DNA of 64,000 bases from the human T2T-CHM13v2.0 reference genome, Homo sapiens, in assembly GCF_009914755.1 (NCBI RefSeq), contig NC_060936.1. One strand, given 5' to 3'. The notes under the pieces are model-generated. The model did not search any database. It saw nothing but the letters and a program-made list of their open reading frames with translations, and was not told where the DNA came from. Made by a program: the position numbers and the translations under genes. Below, piece by piece: positions 49,692 to 64,000 of this stretch (the stretch's first letter is position 1; each line of letters opens with the position of its first letter).

Positions 49692-52600
49692 CATAACAGG
49701 ACATAAATCCACTTTAAAGACATAGAAAATGATTCCAGAACTCAGCAAAATAAAAATCAACCTCTGTTCTTTTCCTATTGAAATATTTACACCCAGATGA
49801 TCAAAATATCATATATCAGTCTTATCACAACGTTGTTTAAACACTCTATAAGTTTTATCCCAATAGACAACAAATTACCTACTATAATTAATCTCAGCAT
49901 TTTCATCCCAATACTATTCACAAAAATTCCCTGTGTTTATAATCATTTTGATATTATTTTCAATAGTTAATTACCACTGATTTTTTTAAAAGTTAATTTA
50001 ATTTCTAATTTGAGTATTACAGTACTTATATTCTAAATCTTCCCAATTTAAAACTATCTTTTAACAAAAAAACTCCCTTAACAGATTAAAGGAGTAATTG
50101 TGTCTTACTCCAATCATTCTCCTTCAGTACAATATTCACAGTGATCCAAATGATAGGTAATAATAATCTCCTTCATGCTTTAATTACTACCTTAGTTTTC
50201 TTTGAAATTAGGTGATTCTCATTGGTCTGTTATTCACAATTGCTTTCTCAGAAACATGGTGGTTTCTTTTTACTCACAGCAGGCCTTTGTATCATCTGAG
50301 TTTTCTAGAAAGGAAACATACTTTCCAGTATCTCTCCAACTGTGAGTGTTTTAAGGATATCTTTGTAGCCTAAGCACCAAGCATAGAGCAGAGGTTCAAT
50401 TTCAGTTGATTGTAGGATCATTCCAAAATGTCATCACGTTTACTTTCCTTGACCCAAGAACCTGAGAGGGTACGATTTTTCTAAATATAAATTTATTAAG
50501 AACGTGCTATATTCTGTAACCCTAGCTGGAAATTTACCAAGGGTTTTTTGTTTGTTGTTTGTTTGTTTTGGTTTTGTTTTGTTTTTTAACCTGATGGTTA
50601 CTCTTCATGTGAGGATGAAGTCTTCTGCCAGTCACAGAGCCATTCCTAGGCAAACTACACCTCACATTTAAATAGTGCTTTGGATGTTACAAAGCGCTCT
50701 CACTTACTCACACGGACCATTTCAAGAAACAAAGTTTGTTTTATCGATCTCATCTTCTCACTATTACTTCTCCCTTTTTGACTTTACCTCATCGTTCTAC
50801 TGTTTTATTGCATGATTTCTTTTGAATAGCTCCCTTATATCAACCCCTGATTATAAGTAAAAACAGTTTCTCTGATAAGACAAATAAATTTTCTCCAAAG
50901 AGAGACTTTGTGGGTTTTCAGATGAAAAGAGTAAAGGATGACTGAGAAGGGAAAAATGTTTGTGAGAGAGATGAAATAAAAGAACAAAGGAAGGATCCAC
51001 TTACATGGTGTAAGGATTCTGCCCTCTCACACTCAGTAAGCCAATGCCCCATTGTGAACAAAGCAAGCATAAGATGGAAGGCATGAATGCTGATTCCTCA
51101 GCTGGTCTAAGGTACAATGTGCTTGCCAATATAAGGATCTCATAGCGTTGACTCTAAATTCAGTTTTAGACTAAATTTGTAGAATAATACAAATGTCTCC
51201 TAAACATAAGCTTAGTATAAGAACTTTATGTAGTATCCAACTAAAGAAATAGTGCCCCACTTCTGTTGCTGGGGGAAACAACTATGGGGTTCAATTTATT
51301 AAGAGATAATATGCACATTCAATGCCTCATACATACATTTTGATTATGCACATGGTAACTTTATGGGTTATTTAAATGTTTTTACAGCTAACTTAGGCTG
51401 TTCTTGATTTTCACCTTCAACCTGATTTTAGAAACTAATGTGTATTTAAAATGCAATTTCACCCAAGAGTTATAGCATTGTTAATGTTTTCCTCATATCC
51501 AGACTAGACTACTTCTGTTTCAAGTATAGACTGGAATTCCATGCGAAACATAGCTGTGCTCTTTCCTCAAAGAGCTCTTTCCTCTAAACTCAACTTCAAA
51601 GAAAAAAAAAAAGTGGGCAGTTGAAGGATCTAATCAGCCTCTTTTTGTCTTATGAAATTCTGATCTACTATGAATTCAGACACAATATATTATACTTAGG
51701 AAAGGAGACTTGATAATTTTGAAGAAATAGTTGTTTTAATCACCCTTATCAAATAAGAGAGATGCTGTATTTGAGCCTGAGAGGAACCAGAGTTAGTAAC
51801 TAAAGTTATTAATCTATTGATGATCAGGGACTTCCAGGGGTCTAATTTAGGACACACATTACATTTACAAGAGACTGAACCAGGAAAAAAAATTGTTTTA
51901 CACTTAAAAGACTAACTAAGGCTGTCCTTAGTTAATAATTGCAGAGAGCTTGGAGATCTCACAGGGTGTTAAATGTTCTTTCTATAATAGTACATGCACT
52001 CTCATGTTCTCATCATATTGTACATGTGAGGTTTTCTGTGTTGCTTAATTATCTAATGTTCTATCCTATCCAATGGAGATTCCAAATTTGCCTTCTCAAT
52101 TAACTCATGGATATTAGACAAGAGACTTGTGTTCTTTCTGCTGAACAGCAAAATGTGCTCTCTGAAATGTAGGTCATTTGTGATATCAAGAACAGTATAA
52201 GCTTAAACATTCCCCAATGTGCTTTGTAGTCATTATTTCTATTCCCATTCACTATTATGGGAGTCTACAACTTTTAGAAATCTTTAAACAATATACATTA
52301 ATGTTATTATTATATTTCCTAGGAATAAAAATAGTTGAAATTCAAAGAATTAATACAAATAATGTTAATAATAAAAACAAAATGTGCCTTATTACTAAGT
52401 CCCACTAAGTTTTAGTTTGGGGTACAAATGTATTATTCAAACACTCAAGTCTTTCAGTTTGGGATTTAAGCTTGCATACTTTTATTTACTGACTTTATCA
52501 GTTGCTCAAATAAAATACTGGATAAACTAAACTATAAGAGGAAGAAATATCTATGTTCACAGAGTCCAGCAGACTAATTCTACTATCACGAATTATTGAT

Positions 52601-54512
52601 AGAGTTCTATCTTTTCATTCCACTTTCCATATCTCCATATCCCCTGCCTCTATCATGAATATCAAACATGTAGCTCTTCTCAAATTGCTCTGGATTTGGT
52701 GCAGCTTGTCACTGGCCTGGCACAATCAAGTGCCCTGTAGCATGGTGCTGCATCGTCAAGTGAAGAAGATCAGATTATAAAGGAAATGGTCAAAAATACC
52801 CTTTAAAGTCTCATATGTACTTGCTATGCACTAGCTGCATTAATTCTTACAGAAACTCTTTGAGGTAGATACTGTTATTTTCTCTATTTCACAAATGAAG
52901 AACTGAGACAGAGAGAAGTCTTAGTTGTTAAAATTTGTTCAAAGTTGTAGGTAATAAGTAGATGGTAGAATCTTTGGAAGATGCCATGATATTCCCATTT
53001 CTCGATAATCCCAACACAGCCTACGCTTTTTCCAGCATTGGGATAGATGACTGTTTCTTTAGTTAGCATCTTGCATTTATGACCCTGATGTATATTAAAT
53101 TCATACCTTTAAAAACTACAATTAAATGTCATGAAAGGTGGTTGCACTGCAAGAGGCATGCAAAAACTAAGTCCAAGTGTTAAAGTATCAGGATCACTTT
53201 CTCATCATTGGGCATTTTCTCTTTGAGTGAAAAGGCAGGCAGAATTGCTTACTCTGTTTTAAGATTTTTCTTACTTTTTTAAAAAAAATCTAATAGGTAC
53301 AGTTAAGCTCATGTAAGTTAAACATTTATGATATTTTACTCTAATTTCAGAGCCTACCAGAGTCTATCCTATTGAGATTAGTATGTCTGAAGACCACCCT
53401 GAACTGTTGGGAAGCAACCCAGTGGTATTATCTAGACGCATAATTCACATTTGAGGAAACTGCCTCTGTGAATTATTTTGTTTTTAAATAGCTTATGTAG
53501 GTAACACTTGAAAATCAAACATCATTCATTTTTTGAGTACGTATGTATTTGTTTAAAGAATAATTCAATAAATAAAAGGCTGATAACTTTAAGGATACAG
53601 CTCCTCAGCTATTTCAGAGTTCATTTATTACAATTAGCATCCTTGTCCATTTCTTTAATATTGTGTTTTAAAATATGGCCATTTCCACTGTGAGGGCTGG
53701 TGCTATTGGAAAGATTTCAAGAGGAAGTGCAATATGAACAGGATTTTAAAGAAAGGATTGGACTTGAATTTGTGGGAAAGGTGGGGGAAAGACAGCCTAG
53801 AGCAGAACATATTATGAACAGAAATGTGGAAGCAGAAGATAACCAAGTGCCACAACCCACCCATCTGTTGTCTCTGTTCTATGCACAGCAGCCAAGGGCT
53901 CTAAGACCACATGCCAGAGCAAACATGTCACTAGTTTAAAATGAGGCACCCTCATGGCCCAGCAATGGCACATGTCTGTGGCCATCCCACTATTTCACTC
54001 TCTACAACAATTGGCACCCTAACCTCTCAAGCATAAACCTCAGATCACTCCTACCAACTCCCTGCTTTAAGCAGATGACCATACTTACTTTCTTGAGAAA
54101 AATAAAATCATCAGAACAGAGTCTACTTTTCTACCCAATAAAAATCTCACACACTCTTCTTCCTTTCTCTTATAATAGAAGACCTGTTTTTCCCTTCTGA
54201 AGTCAGTCCTTCCATCTGTGCTTTGAAGCCATTCTCCTCCTACCTTCTGATGAACATTGTACTATCAATAATTCATTTTTCTTGAATATTTATCCTTTCC
54301 CTCTCAAATAATATTTTTAAATAAGCTTGTCTCTCCAAAGTTTAAATAACCTTGCCTCAAAATCTCCAGGCTTCATGCCATTTTGCTCGCCTTCACAAAT
54401 TTCCTGGAGGAGTTGTCTATAAACTCTTGATCTCCATTCCTTACCTCTTGTTCAATCCATAACCACTTGATCTGGTTTTATTCTTCATTACTTGATAAGA
54501 TCAACAATGACC

Positions 54513-54884
54513 TGATATGGCTTGGCTCTGCGTGCCCACCCAAATCTCACGTTGAATTGTAATCCCCAATGTTACAGGAGGGACCTGGAGAGAGGTGATT
54601 AGATCATGGGGGTGGATTTAACCCTTGCTGTTCTTGTGATAGGCAGTGAATTCTCATGAGAACTGGTTGTTTAAAAATGTGTAGCACTTCCCCCTCACCT
54701 GCTCCACCACGTGAAGATGGTGCCTGCTTCCCCTCACCTTATGCCATGATTGTAGTTTCTTGAGGCCTCCCCATCCATGCCTCCTGTACAGCTGGTAGAA
54801 CTGTGAGTCAATTAAACCTCTTTTCTCCATAAATTTCCCAGTCTCGGGTATTTCTTTATAGCAGTGTGAGAATGGAATAATACA
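54513..54884 (+). mobile_element. MST (MSTA-like) MaLR solo LTR inside an L2 remnant (~53990-55210)
   Basis: tgatatggcttggctctg...cccaaatctcac...gaactgtgagtcaattaaacctcttt...ttctttatagcagtgtgagaatggaataataca. Confidence 0.88.
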
Positions 54885-55224
54885 CCTTTGGGATACTAGA
54901 CCTAAAAATACTTATTCATCATTTTATTTGATTTACCTGCAAATTTCAACAATGTTAACTATTCCTTCCTCAAAGTATCTTCTTCACATGCCTTATGTAA
55001 TGTATCATCACCCTCTAGTTTTTCTCCCTTTCTTGATATCTAATTCAAAATTATTTCCTTCTACCAAGTTACCAAAAGATTGATTTCCCAAGATTTGTCT
55101 TAGTGCTTTTCTCATCTCACTCTACAGTTTCCATCAAACTGTTATCATCTATATATATTATCTATGTCAAGGTTTCTATCAATATCTATATCCAGATAAC
55201 TCACAATAAAAAAATATATTTTAA

Positions 55225-57102
55225 ATAATACTTTTTATTTTGAGATAATTGAAGATTCATATGCAGTTGTAATAAATAATACAAAGAGATTCCATAAATC
55301 CTTTACTAGTTTCCTCCAATGGTAACATCTTACAGAATTACAGTACAGTTCCTGCAACCAGGATACTGATATCAATACATTCAAAATACAGAACAATTTC
55401 ATCCTCCAGATTCTTCAGGTTGCCCTTTTGTAGCCACATTCACTTCCCTCTCACCTTCTTCCCCACTTCATTCTTATCCCCTGACAACCACTAATCTGTT
55501 CTCAATTCCTATGTTTTTGTCATTTCAAGTATGTTATATAAATAGAACCATGCAGTATGCAATTTTTATTGATTGGCTCTTTTCACACAAAATAATTCTC
55601 TGAAGATTAATTCAAGCTGTTGTGTTTTCAAAATTATGTTATTTTATTGACAAATAACATTTCTTAATATGTATGTACCATGTATTGTTTAACCATTCAC
55701 CCATTGAAGGACATCTTAGTTGTTTGCATTTTCTGGCTATTAAGAATAAAGCTATTGCAAACAATTCATTTGTAAGTCTCTGTGAACATGTATTTCTCTG
55801 AGGTAAATGTCCGAAAGTATAATTTCTGGGTTGTATGGTAGTTGTATCTTGTTGTTGTTTTTAAGAAACTGCCAAGTGATTTTCCAGAGTGACTATACCA
55901 CTTCACATTTTCACCAGCAATGTGTGAGTAATCCAGTTTCTACACATCTTTGCCAGTGTTTGGTATTGTTTTATTATTTTTTATCTAGCCATTTTGATAG
56001 GTGGGTAGTGATATCTCATTGTGGGTTTAAGTTGCATTTTCCTAGTGGTTAATAATGTTGAACATCTTTTTATATGTTTATTTACAATCTGCAAGTCATC
56101 TTCTGTGAAACATCTCTTTATCTCTTTTGCTCATTTTCTAATTATATTGTTTGATTTTTATGGTTAAATTTTGAGAATTTTTAAAATAGACACTCCAGAT
56201 ACTGGCAGTTTGCTGGCTATGTGTTGGCAAATATTATCTTCTAGTCTATAGTTTGTCTTTTCATCTCCTTATTATTTTTCACAAGACAGACATGTTGAAA
56301 TTTTAAAATTCTTTGCATAGCCCTAAATGTAAAAGACTTTCTCCTTTTTTTTCCTAAAAGTTGTATAACTTTACATTTTATATTTAAGTCTGTGAACCAT
56401 TGTAAGTTAATTTTTGTATTAGGTATGAAGTTTGGGTCGTTTATATTTTTACATATGGGTGTCTAATTGTTCCAGTATCATCGGTTCAAGAGGCTAACCT
56501 GTCTTCACTGAATTACTTTTACAACTTTGTACAAAATCAGTTGGGCATGTATTTGTGTGGGTCTGTTTCTATATTATTTATTCTGTTCCATTAGCCTATG
56601 TGTATTCTGCCACCAATACCAATTTTCTTACTGAACTGTCTCTGACAGTACCCTGTGGGGGATTGAAGTGCCACATCACAGTCTGGTAGGAGTGGGAGTG
56701 TTGGCTGCCTACCTTGCCCTTGGCTGGTGTAGGGGAGAAGTGGTGTCACAGTGTCTTCCCTGATATTTAACTGGAGTAGAGTGGTTACAATCTAAAAGTT
56801 TGCTGTTTTTTTTTTTTTTTTTTCAGCTGCCCCTTTAAAGCAGGCTTTTCTTTGGGGCTTTTTGAATTGCCTGCTTTAGCAGCATGTATTTCATGCCTAG
56901 AATATATGAGGCAAAAAAGAAAACCCAGAAAACTCACCTCCATGTTGTTACTTGAGTCCTGACATCCCTAGGTAGTCTGTCTTCTTTATGCCTGTCAGAG
57001 TCACCTTATGTTTGCTTTGTATATAATTTCCAGAGTTCTTAATATACTCAGTGGGAGGAACAAGGAAAAATATGCCTACTTCATCTTCCCAGAATCAGAA
57101 GT
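55225..57102 (-). mobile_element. Old L1M (MC/MD-type) 3' end followed by a probable 5' UTR piece
   Basis: ttttgagataattgaagattcatatgcagttgtaataaataatac 3' signature; ORF2 C-terminal-like text to ~56620; then GC-richer UTR-like sequence. Subfamily uncertain. Confidence 0.7.
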
Positions 57103-57775
57103 TTCACTCACAAAATTTTACCTCCAACCTAAATCTTTTCTCCATGGTCCAGAAATGAGTACCCTCATTTTAATCTGCATTTGTATGTCTCAAAGCCACC
57201 TCAAATATAACTTAAGCTCAAAGCTCAGCTACCTCCAAATGTTGCACTGCAGTCTTCCTGCTACACAAGGGAAAAAGTTAAAGTTCTTCTTGGCACCTCT
57301 TCTCCCTCTCATTCTAATTATCGTGAAATCCTATTGATTTTTTTTTCTCTGAAATATGCTTTTAAGTCTTCCCACTTCTCTGTTATCTGTATGCCACAAC
57401 TCTAATCTAAGCTACTATCATATCTGGTCAAAATGTTTTGCAAAAGTCTCTTGTCTGATCTGCTCATATATACCCTTCCTGCTCCAAACCCTTCTCTGTA
57501 TTGTTAGTGGAGTAATCTTTTCAAAACACTATTGTTCTTATTTAATAAATTTATAATGCTTTTAGAACATTGATTTTTTAAAATCTTTCACCTCACAAGC
57601 CTTGCACAAATCTATTATAGAAGCCCAGTATTTGTTGATAAATAACTACAGTGTATATCTCCCTGATTAGATTCAATTCACCTAACAGACAGAAATATAC
57701 CCTAAAACTCTACATATCTTTAGTTCAGTGGTGATCTGCAAATGCTTAATGATAATGATCTTGGTATTCTAATGA

Positions 57776-58193
<418 letters not shown>

Positions 58194-59766
58194 TGAATTT
58201 ATTTGTCTGCTTAATAATTATTATCCGTAATATAAGTGTTCTTACATTTCTAAGTATATATACATTTTTAAACCACCAACTCACTTCTCACCCCTATTGG
58301 AAATCTGTAAAATAATCACTCTCTGCATTTAAAAATAATAATAACTTCAGGGAAAAATGGTCATAAGTTAATGAAAATATTAATTTTGACAACAAAAATG
58401 ACAGAATCGTTACAAATATGTTTGTACTTATGGCCTTCCCAAATAAATGTCAAATTGTTACAAGCTCTTCACTATATGAGCTATGTTTATTTATTGTTGC
58501 ATTCATCGCATGTAAGAGAATAACATCAAAATATTGTTTCTGATGTTAAGACTATATAAAAGGAAGGTGGACTACTTCCTCTGCTCTTGAAAATCATACG
58601 GGTCATTTGGATTAAAAAAAAAAAAGGCTTCTGATCCTGACAAGGTTTGGGTTAATTGGAGAAGACTAATAAGACAAGATTTTTGGTCCTGATATCTAAA
58701 TCAGTTTTAGAACATCAGGTGAGAAAGAGAGAGATGAAAAAAAAAAAAAAGTAGTTACAATATGAATAAAAGGTACAGAAGCAAGAACAGGTGGGACTTT
58801 GGTAAGCAAAGGTAAAACCACTAATCTAGAAAAAAAAAGTTAGGATTGTCACAGCAAGAAATATCTATAGTTTATTTTTATAGCTATAAATAAGATTTTC
58901 AATATATAATTCAAAATATAATCACAGTATAGACCATGAGAGATCAAATTTAGAATATTCCCTTTTGTCACAACCAATTTATACCTCAGATTTATAAGTA
59001 ATGCTTAAATTTCAGAGATAAACTCCAACACATTAATTCTATAACATAGGAATAGGTTTACATTTCAGTGGACTGATAAATTTTATCCTAACTGAAATTT
59101 CTACATCTTACAGGAATAGATGGGATTTTGTTTCACATATGAAGTTTCTTTTCATTTATAGACAAGTTTAGGGTAATTCTGAGGTTTAAAAAAATTGCTC
59201 AGAAGTGAGCCATGAAAATCATATAGAAAAGATACAGAATTTTATTTTGTTGGATCTACTGAAAATTTAGACTATGATAATGTTTAAGCACAACTAAAAT
59301 TTGTTTCTTTAATATTACTTTATATTTTATTTAATTTGTATATGTTTCTTTTGTGTATTTAACTTTCTGTTATGGTGTTTCTGCATCTGATTTCTAATAA
59401 TGGTGACTATGGACAAAAGAAATGTGTTATCTCATGAACTTGAGCATAACTACAGAAACCTCCCAAGAGAAATTAATTTGATCCATCATAATTCTCCTTA
59501 TTGAAAAGAGAAAAGTATATTCATCATATTAGGAGAAAAAGTTTCAGGAAGTTGTAAAAAATTAATACTCTTCTAAAATTATTTCCGAAGTTCTACTTGA
59601 TATAGTAAACACAGCATAGAGAGTAGGGTGGAAAAACTATTAGAAAACTGTTACATATAAAATTAAGATATTTTTCTGATTATGAAAATCTATGATATTG
59701 CTAAAACTCTACTAAAATATTGGCAATAGTGATGAGTGAGTGAGCAATATATAAAAAATGCTATCA

Positions 59767-60032
59767 GCTATCGCAAGGACAAAAAACCAAACACCGCATG
59801 TTCTCACTCACAGGTGGGAATTGAACAATGAGATCACATGGACACAGGAAGGGGAACATCACACACCAGGGCCTGCTGTGGGGTGGGGGAAGAGGGGTAG
59901 GGATAGCATTAGGAGATATACCTAATGTTAAATGAAGAGTTAATGGGTGCAGCACACCAACATGGCACATGTATACATATGTAACAAATCTGCATGTTGT
60001 GCACATGTACCCTAAAACTTAAAGTATAATTA
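59767..60032 (+). mobile_element. 5'-truncated young L1PA (PA3/PA4-like) 3' end
   Basis: ctatcgcaaggacaaaaaaccaaacaccgcatgttctcactc...gtaccctaaaacttaaagtataat; perfect 14 bp TSD aaaaaatgctatca at 59753-59766 and 60033-60046. Confidence 0.95.
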
Positions 60033-62076
60033 AAAAAATGCTATCAAATTCAAAGATCCACTTACGGGTTTATGCAGCAAGAGAGGTTACATGGAGTAAC
60101 AGAGTAAATTAAATCTTGGAATAAGGATGAGATTTTTCTGATAGATTTTTGAAGAGACAAGGAAATTTAGTGATAACAAGGTTCAGCTATGAGAACACTT
60201 GGCTGTTTGCAGACAATACTATTTAAAATTTGGTGAGTGCTTACTACATGCTAGGCTATGTTGTAAGCACTTGCACATGCTATGACCCATTTGATTCTCT
60301 CAACCATACCAAGAGTCAAGTGCTCTTATCTCCATTTTACAAAGAAGGAGATTAGAGAACGGAGAGATTAAGTCACCCAGAGTCATAGAACTACTATAGT
60401 TAAGTGGTGAAGCCATGATTTGAAACCTGGTTCACAGGCCCACAGTTTGTGCCTCTGCAAAAGCCTCTCTCTAATGTGAGCAGTTCACAAATGTGCCACC
60501 CTCCCTATGTGTCAGGCATTTATGTACATGTACATTTCCTAAGTTAATCCTCACAGCAATTCTAAGAGTTAGGTGGTTTAGAGATGAAGGATTGAGACAT
60601 AGCAGGTCCAGAATTAGAACCTATGCTATATCTCATGTTTTCAACATCTCTTCTCCCAGCTTGGCTAAAGTCAAGAACTTGTAAAATAATTCATAGAATA
60701 TAGGTTGGATAAGTCAATGAAGGCCAAATAAAAAAGGATTTTGAACCAAAATTTTAAAATTTAGACCTGATACTTTAGACATAGTCCGCAGTGTATGTAT
60801 GTGCTCAATAAATTTTGTTGAAGAAATGAATGAATATAAACAGAAGTGAAGGTACTGGTATTCCAGCCTTTCCTCCAGGCATTGTGGTAGCATGGATTAC
60901 AAAATAAAGTTTCTAAATAAAATAATCATAGCCAAAAAACTCGAGTGTTTGTTTTATTTTAAAGATTTTGCCTGCAATTAGACCCCCCTGTCCCAAACCT
61001 GCCACAAATTGACGAAGTTGTAGCTTTCTGATATAAATATCCACACTACTGAAAGGTCTCATTAACTGTCAGATCAGTGAAATTTTTCACTCCATTGTAT
61101 TTTTACTGAAATAGCTAAGCATAAGCAACAAAAAGAAAACAATTATGTTTTATTATTTAAAACAAAAATAAGAATTTCCCTCAATAATCCATGACTTTTT
61201 AAATTGCTACTTGGTCTAACCTTTCACCAAATTAGTGTCAAATTGGCCTAAGGTATCAAAACTCTGTGTTCTTATTCAATGAGTGGTAATTCCTCCAACA
61301 GGGATGTTTCCAATCCTCTCTCTGCTATTCTCTGTTAGAATTGCTAATATTTCATCTCAGCCCTATCCGTATCTTAAATGACATGATAAAAAAACTGACA
61401 AAGGTGGGGGACGTGGGACCATCTTCTCTCTGGTCTTTTGTTTTCTTATTTTTCCATCCTTAGACTACAGTGGTCAGTATTACTTACATAATGATATGGT
61501 CTACTCATATCTTCCTTTCTGACCAGCGTTTTTACTGGGTCCAGTGTGAAATAAAATATAGCTACCTTTTTTCTCCTTCACTAAGCATATGCCAGTGAAT
61601 TGGTAACATCTGCTTGCTTCTTAGCTTTTACCAGAAACTTTTTTCCTAAAGGGTCATCATACAAGGAAATTTTTTTTAATACTATAAGGTCAAACACATC
61701 TGTTCGATCATATCAAAATTTAGCAGAAAATGTACTTTTTATAAAGACTCTATAAATATCAGCTTCACTATGAATTGGCCTTTATGTTACTTTTAATGAA
61801 TAATATTCCCCTCCAAATGTAATTTAGAATTAAACATTTCAGACAATATAGTTGACATTGTAAAATATCTTATCCTTTTCTCTCTATTGCAGCATGGTTA
61901 TTCAAAGCCTACAATTATGCAGTTTCTCAAGCTGCCTCACAATGAAGGAAATTTATCTATTACAGTAGAGAAAAAAAAAAGAAAATTCAAATGAAAATAA
62001 GTCGTTATAACTGCTGATTTAACCTGACAAACCATTTCTCTTCCTTCGAATGATTGCTACTGTTTTTGGTTTACAG

Positions 62077-62233
62077 GGACCGAGCTCCTTTCATTTTTAC
62101 TTCAGAGATGGAATACTTTATTACAGAGGGTGGGAAAAACCCACAGCATTTTCAAGATTTTGTGGAACTTTGCTGTCGTGCTTATAATATTATCAGAAAG
62201 CACAGCCAACTGCTCTTGAACCTGCTGGAAATG
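62077..62233 (+). CDS. PIK3C2G: PIK3C2G exon (kinase C-lobe): (R)[52 protein letters not shown]
   Basis: tttacag acceptor; 157 nt; completes the split Arg codon; RAPF and AY-x-x-x-RKH motifs; donor ATG|gtaagt. Confidence 0.97.
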
Positions 62234-63389
62234 GTAAGTCCCTTGGGAAAAAAAAACAAAAATAATAAGCTTCATTTATGCCTCTGCTTCAGTAGTCTAT
62301 TTTTACTAATGGCTTGGAGTTCCCCAAGGAGCTATTCGGAAGAGAAAGGAATGAGAAAACTAAGAGTACCATTGTACAGCTTATAAACGTATTTCTTAAT
62401 AATTTAATATGTTCGTTCATAGTTATTGTCTCAAACATTCCTATTCGTATCAATATTGATGCAGGTAGGGGTTATCCCACTATATTTTGACTAATGTTCA
62501 AGGACAGTAATTTTAAAAATAATGCCTTCAGTCATACTAGGCATTAGGATCTTTCAAAAATGCCTTATATATACTATCTCATTTATATATCATGACAACC
62601 TAATAGTGTAGACCAGGCAAGAATTTTCCCTGGCTGTCCATTCCAAACTCCACCTTTGATCACTTGCCAATTTCCCACATTAAGAAACTGAGAGTCAAAA
62701 GTGGAAAGTGAGTTGCTAGCAACTCAGCTTTTCGTGGTATGCATTAGGTGTACTGAGTCATGGTCCTACACACTCTCTTGTGACCAACAGGGGAAAATTT
62801 AAGGTTTTATTCCACTGTTCACTTTAAAGAGATGGAGACCAGATATGTACCATGAGGGAAGAAAAATCTGATAGAAATATCTTCTAGGAGAGGGATATAG
62901 TGATTCCTCTAGGCACATACGTACACACTAGTGATTGCAGCAAACTATACATGGGAAACATACATTTGGTCTATCAGCATGGGATTTGGAGTCTATGAAA
63001 AATAACTGATTTAGAGCTTCCAGATGACAATAATTCTACCAGATGTTGTTAAGGGTACAAACATGGCAGGCAGACCTTTCTGGGTTTCAATCCTAGTTTG
63101 GCATTTTACTGGCTACATTCTTCAGGACATGTTAACTCCCAAAAGACTATTTCCTTATCTGTTAAATGAAGATAACAACATCTACCTTGTAGAGTTAATG
63201 AATAAATGACCTAGTAGTGAATTCTTTGCATGGCCCAGGCATTGTGCTAAGTGCTTTGTGTGTATTAATTGATTTAAAATTCATAACAACCCTAACAGAT
63301 CATTAACATAAAGCACTTAGCACAGTACTTGCCATTTAGTAGACTTCAATTCATTTATGTTATTATACTAGATCCTTGTTAATTTATAA

Positions 63390-63590
63390 GGCCACTGTCC
63401 AATGTAATATCCTCTAGTCACGTTTGTTTATATTTAAATTAATTTTTATTAAACAAAATTTAAAATTCCAGTCTTCAATTTCACTGATCACATTTCAAGT
63501 ACTCAGTAGCCACGTTTGGCTAGTGGCATCATATTGGTCAGCACAGATAGGAAACTTCCATCACCACAGAAAAGTTCCATTGGTTAGTAC
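63390..63590. mobile_element. MER3/MER33-like hAT element
   Basis: cacatttcaagtactcagtagccacgtttggctagtggc...ccatcaccacagaaaagttccattgg. Confidence 0.65.
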
Positions 63591-64000
63591 AGAACAAATG
63601 TTGACTTTGTTGCAAGGAAGATTTGATTTGGATTCTTGTTTTAACTTTCAAACAACATATTCACCTTACTTCTCTCCACTTTGCCTTGAAAGATAAGTAT
63701 CTCTAAAAATATTATAAACATGTCCTTCATATGCAAAGATATTGGTTTCTTCTTGTGTAAAGTGGATATATAAAGTTCTACCCATCTCCGAAATCTTCAA
63801 GATTACTTTTCAGTAATAGCCAAGGATTCTTATTGGTAAATTTGCATTCTATCTCCCAATTCTATTAGGCCGTTTTGCAAGTATGAGATGACTACGGTTT
63901 ATAATGTGTCTGTACCACAAACAAACAAACAAAAAAACCCTATAAGGATTAAGTCTGTGATTCTGACCCCATTTAAATAATAAATATCCAGGTAGTATCA

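Overview
This is primate (human or great ape) genomic DNA: it contains Alu, L1PA, LTR12 and SVA elements. The window is an internal stretch of PIK3C2G (class II PI3-kinase C2-gamma) on the + strand. Seven GT-AG exons splice into one continuous reading frame covering the end of the helical domain and most of the kinase domain (catalytic Lys, DLRQD, hinge, DRHNDN, DFG, activation loop). The rest is intron filled with transposable elements, including a ~14 kb antisense stack of L1 pieces in the 32.7 kb last intron. I found no evidence of a new multi-gene system, and no RNA genes or CRISPR arrays. The most interesting items are: a near-perfect ~80 bp inverted repeat that I could not assign to any repeat family (18790-19013), plus two smaller fold-back scars; a decayed ZKSCAN7-like zinc-finger retrocopy; a sense-oriented, CpG-rich LTR12 nested in THE1 nested in MER5A, upstream of the catalytic exons; a near-intact MER85 piggyBac MITE; and a tiny SVA 3' end that appears to have deleted its L1 target site. 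Repeat subfamily and parent-gene names are from memory of consensus sequences, not from a database search.
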